Part shown: positions 60,689 to 64,000 of the stretch, piece after piece
Layout of the letters: the number at the start of each line of letters is the position of its first letter
Numbering within the stretch: the first letter of the stretch is position 1
From: Spirochaetaceae bacterium
Lineage (GTDB): Bacteria; Spirochaetota; Spirochaetia; DSM-2461
Direction of reading: 5' to 3'
Length of the DNA stretch: 64,000 nucleotides
Assembly (NCBI GenBank): GCA_965224705.1
Contig: OZ245056.1
Coordinates: 2,240,001 to 2,304,000 of the forward strand
The notes under the pieces: model-generated
Told to the model about the DNA's origin: nothing
Database searches by the model: none
Seen by the model: only the letters and a program-made list of their open reading frames with translations
Made by a program: the position numbers and the translations under genes

Positions 60689-61318
60689 ATGATTAGTAAG
60701 AAGGTCTACTCAAAGGAGGGCGGGGAACTTCGCAACATTGAATTGGATGACGCTGTTTTTGACCGGGAAGTAAGCGAGGGCTCTATATGGCATGCCATTC
60801 GTAATGAACTGGCGAATAAACGGCAGGGAACGGCGAAAACTAAAACTCGCCGCGAGGTGAAGGGTTCCACGGCAAAACCATGGCGTCAGAAAGGAACAGG
60901 CCGTGCTCGTGCGGGGCGGAGAAAGAGTCCACTCTGGAGAAGCGGCGGGGTTGTTTTCGGGCCGCAGAAAAGAGATTATTCCTATCATATCCCCAGGAAA
61001 ATCAAGCGTCTGGCGGTAAAAAGCACCCTCAGTCTCAAGGCTTCAAATGATGATTGTTTCAGGATTATTGAAGATTTCTCCATTGAATCCGGAAAAACTC
61101 GTGATCTGGCTGATATCCTGAAGAACTTCCCTGACGATGGACGGACCGTCCTTATAATTGGGGATGATGATAAATTGACGAAGAGGGCGGGTGCGAATAT
61201 CAGAGATCTGAGCCTGTTTTCATACAATCGGCTTCGAGTTCATGATCTTTATTATGGGAAGAATATTCTCATACTTGAGGGTGCTGCGCAAAAACTCGGT
61301 GAGTTTTACAGGAGTTAG
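60689..61318 (+). CDS. rplD: 50S ribosomal protein L4
   Basis: KPWRQKGTGRARAG motif. Confidence 0.98.
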   Translation: MISKKVYSKEGGELRNIELDDAVFDREVSEGSIWHAIRNELANKRQGTAKTKTRREVKGSTAKPWRQKGTGRARAGRRKSPLWRSGGVVFGPQKRDYSYHIPRKIKRLAVKSTLSLKASNDDCFRIIEDFSIESGKTRDLADILKNFPDDGRTVLIIGDDDKLTKRAGANIRDLSLFSYNRLRVHDLYYGKNILILEGAAQKLGEFYRS

Positions 61319-61320
61319 AC

Positions 61321-61635
61321 ATGGATGCCAGGAACGTCGTTATTGAGCCGGTTTTAACCGAAAAATCCAATCTCCTCCGCGAAGGAGATGTAAAAACTTA
61401 TGTGTTCAAAGTGGCTGACAATGCCAACAAAATCATGGTCATGCAGGCTGTTAAGCAGCTGTTCAATGTAAAACCCGTAAGCTGTCGTATAATCAATGTG
61501 CACGGAAAAATTCGCAATAACAGAGCGATATCCAGAAGCAGTTTCCGGCGTGGTAAAGGACACACTTCTGCATGGAAAAAAGCAATGGTGACATTGGAAA
61601 AAAATCAGCGCATTGAAGTTTTTGAAGGTGCTTAG
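61321..61635 (+). CDS. rplW: 50S ribosomal protein L23
   Basis: PVLTEKS and WKKAMVTL motifs. Confidence 0.96.
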   Translation: MDARNVVIEPVLTEKSNLLREGDVKTYVFKVADNANKIMVMQAVKQLFNVKPVSCRIINVHGKIRNNRAISRSSFRRGKGHTSAWKKAMVTLEKNQRIEVFEGA

Positions 61636-61650
61636 GAAGGAGGGATAAGA

Positions 61651-62475
61651 ATGGCCTTGAAGACGTATAATCCAACAACACCATCCCTTCGTTTTCGCCA
61701 GGGGCTGGATAATTCTCGGCTGGATAAGAAGCGGCCTGAGAAGGCTCTCACAGGTGCAAAGGTGTCGCAGGCTGGCCGTGGTGCCGGCGGCCGCATCAGT
61801 GTTCGGCGCCGCGGGGGTGGTCACAAAAGACAGTATAGAGAGATTGACTTCAGAAGAGACAAGGATGGCATACCAGGAAGAGTTGCTTCTATTGAGTATG
61901 ATCCCAATCGCAGTGCCAATATCGCACTGATTTCCTATGTGGATGGTGAGAAGCGGTATATAATCTGTCCCGAAGGCCTGGAAGTCGATTCCGTGATTAT
62001 GAGCGGTTCTGGAGCTCCCCCTGAGACTGGTAATTGTCTGCCATTGGGGCTCATTCCCGTAGGCCGCACCGTTCATGCTGTGGAATTAACCCGGGGGAGG
62101 GGAGCCCAGCTTATTCGCTCCGCAGGCGGAGGGGCTCAGATCCAGGCAATTGAAGGGGAATATGTTACCCTTAAACTCTCATCTGGTGAGATGCGTATGG
62201 TTCACAAAGCCTGCATTGCTACGATCGGAGAAGTTGGTAATGAAGATCACATGAATGTGAAAATAGGAAAGGCCGGACGCAGTCGATGGCTGGGAAGACG
62301 TCCCAGGGTTCGGGGCGTTGTAATGAATCCGGTTGATCACCCTCATGGTGGTGGCGAAGGACGAACCTCTGGCGGGCGTCATCCCGTATCCCCCTGGGGG
62401 AAACCGGCCAAGGGCGGTAAAACTCGTCAGAAACATAAGTCTTCCAATAAGTTTATTGTGAAGCAGCGTAAGTAA
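61651..62475 (+). CDS. rplB: 50S ribosomal protein L2
   Basis: EYDPNRSA and [13 protein letters not shown] motifs. Confidence 0.98.
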   Translation: MALKTYNPTTPSLRFRQGLDNSRLDKKRPEKALTGAKVSQAGRGAGGRISVRRRGGGHKRQYREIDFRRDKDGIPGRVASIEYDPNRSANIALISYVDGEKRYIICPEGLEVDSVIMSGSGAPPETGNCLPLGLIPVGRTVHAVELTRGRGAQLIRSAGGGAQIQAIEGEYVTLKLSSGEMRMVHKACIATIGEVGNEDHMNVKIGKAGRSRWLGRRPRVRGVVMNPVDHPHGGGEGRTSGGRHPVSPWGKPAKGGKTRQKHKSSNKFIVKQRK

Positions 62476-62484
62476 GGGGGCAAA

Positions 62485-62766
62485 ATGTCAAGGTCGGTAA
62501 AAAAAGGGCCATTTGTGGCCAAAAGCCTGTATGCGAAAGTTGTCGACTGGAAGAAGAATGATACTAAGGGGATAATCAAAACATGGTCCCGCTCTTCTAC
62601 TATTATCCCGGAGATGGTAAACCTTACTATCTCTGTATACAATGGAAGAACTTTTATTCCAGTCTATGTGACAGAAAACCTGGTTGGACACAAGCTTGGT
62701 GAGTTTTCACCGACCCGAATGTTCCGAGGGCATGCAGGCTCGGATAAAAAAGGAAAGAGGCAATAA
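62485..62766 (+). CDS. rpsS: 30S ribosomal protein S19
   Basis: RSVKKGPF and [11 protein letters not shown] motifs. Confidence 0.98.
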   Translation: MSRSVKKGPFVAKSLYAKVVDWKKNDTKGIIKTWSRSSTIIPEMVNLTISVYNGRTFIPVYVTENLVGHKLGEFSPTRMFRGHAGSDKKGKRQ

Positions 62767-62768
62767 TC

Positions 62769-63125
62769 ATGGTAGCAAAAAAGGGATTCCATGCCAGAGC
62801 AAGATATCTTCCCATGTCTCCCTCTAAAATCAGGCCTGTTGCCGATCAAGTTCGACGGAGACCTGTTCTGGAAGCCGTTGCCATTCTTGAATCTCTGCCG
62901 AATAAGGGTGCTGTTTACCTTTTGAAAGTGATTCAATCAGCCATGGCCAATGCCCTGGTTCAGGATGCAGGTATCGATGAAGATTCGCTGTATGTTGCTG
63001 AGCTTCTGGTTGATGGAGGTCCGAGCCGAAAGACTCTCTGGCCAAGGAGTCGCGGTCGAGCAGATAGGCAGATCAAACGATCAAGCCATATCTCAATAAT
63101 ATTGAATCACAGGACGGTGAATTGA
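62769..63125 (+). CDS. rplV: 50S ribosomal protein L22
   Basis: SPSKIRPVAD and PRSRGRAD motifs. Confidence 0.96.
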   Translation: MVAKKGFHARARYLPMSPSKIRPVADQVRRRPVLEAVAILESLPNKGAVYLLKVIQSAMANALVQDAGIDEDSLYVAELLVDGGPSRKTLWPRSRGRADRQIKRSSHISIILNHRTVN

Positions 63126-63832
63126 TGGGGCAGAAAGTTCACCCCTATGGTTTTCGCCTGGGTATCAATAAAAACTGGAAATCCCGCTGGTTTGTTTCAC
63201 CAAAGGATTATGCCAACACACTGCATGAGGATCTCCAGCTTCGTAAAATATTGTTGGAGAGTCCTGAAGCAAAGGGTGCTGATATAACTGATATTGAAAT
63301 TGTCAGGCAGCCCACACGAGTTACATTGAGTATAGAAACAGCCCGCCCGGGTGTTATCATCGGTGCAAAAGGGGCGAATATTGAGAAAGTAACAGGTCGG
63401 CTTCAAAAGATCACAGACAAGAAAGTGAGCGTTAAAATCAAGGAGATCAAGAAGCCCGATGTGAATGCCCATGTGATAGCTCAAAACCTTGCAAGACAAC
63501 TGAAGAACAGAGCAGCGTTTCGACGTTCGCTAAAAATGGCCGTGCAAAATGCAATGCGGGGTGGAGTGCAGGGAATTAAGATCAAGATCTCCGGCCGATT
63601 GGGCGGTGCTGATATGAGCCGGAGTCTTGAAGTCAAAGATGGCCGGGTTCCCCTGCACACAATTCGTGCTGATATTGACTACTCTGTTGCAGAATCCATG
63701 ACAACATTTGGTGTCGTTGGAGTCAAGGTCTGGGTGTTTAACGGTGAGATACTTGGTGCTGATCAGAAGGAAGATGCCGGCCAATTTGTCAGTACTCGCC
63801 GCGATAACCGGGGAGGTCGAAAAGATGCTTAG
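63125..63832 (+). CDS. rpsC: 30S ribosomal protein S3
   Basis: [13 protein letters not shown] and [13 protein letters not shown] motifs. Confidence 0.98.
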   Translation: MGQKVHPYGFRLGINKNWKSRWFVSPKDYANTLHEDLQLRKILLESPEAKGADITDIEIVRQPTRVTLSIETARPGVIIGAKGANIEKVTGRLQKITDKKVSVKIKEIKKPDVNAHVIAQNLARQLKNRAAFRRSLKMAVQNAMRGGVQGIKIKISGRLGGADMSRSLEVKDGRVPLHTIRADIDYSVAESMTTFGVVGVKVWVFNGEILGADQKEDAGQFVSTRRDNRGGRKDA

Positions 63833-64000
63833 CCCCAAACGTGTAAAATACAGAAAGACTCATCGAGGACGCGCCATTCCAAACGCAAAAAGAGCATCCA
63901 GAGGAAATACAATAAATTTTGGTGAATTTGGCCTGGTCTCCATGGAGAACAAGCAGATTACTGCGAGACAGATAGAGGCTGCCCGTATTGCAATGACACG
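63825..64000 (+). CDS. rplP: 50S ribosomal protein L16 (3' truncated by window edge)
   Basis: [15 protein letters not shown]...[14 protein letters not shown]. Confidence 0.95.
   Translation, partial: MLSPKRVKYRKTHRGRAIPNAKRASRGNTINFGEFGLVSMENKQITARQIEAARIAMT

Noticed and set aside
35..63838. Many antisense or alternate-frame ORFs over known genes (e.g. 35-679, 9212-9976, 10465-11292, 61354-62076)
   Set aside because: Shadow ORFs of well-supported genes with no independent evidence.

Overview
This window is chromosomal DNA from a spirochaete (Spirochaetales). Evidence for the taxon: class I lysyl-tRNA synthetase, a BpuR-like PUR protein, tRNA-Arg(UCG), RpoB with Asn at the E. coli S531 position, and long-type Prs. 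The first ~45 kb is metabolic and transport DNA: a FecR-PEGA-PQQ propeller protein, lysS, two BMP-family nucleoside ABC operons, a leuB/phosphatase/PUR operon, argS, tRNA-His/Arg-pdxST-arsR, fumC, a CUT1 sugar ABC operon, DUF4954, a ZIP transporter, a probable glucosylglycerate-derived compatible-solute locus, a pyrF-pyrE fusion, mscS, prs and an FGGY kinase. The last ~19 kb is the core cluster tRNA-Thr-rpmG-tRNA-Trp-secE-nusG-rplKAJL-rpoBC-rpsLG-(no fusA)-tuf-S10 operon, running to a partial rplP. Best candidates for undescribed biology: (1) a glucosylglycerate phosphorylase divergent from an MggS-like GT4 and a second GT4, next to a GH36 that lacks key catalytic residues; (2) three MITE families, two of which carry the same ERIC-like structured core between different terminal repeats and bracket rpoBC; (3) a ~360-nt multi-hairpin leader with its own promoter where fusA normally lies before tuf, plus unusually long structured nusG-rplK and rplJ-rplL spacers. 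All family calls come from motifs read by eye; no database searches were run.
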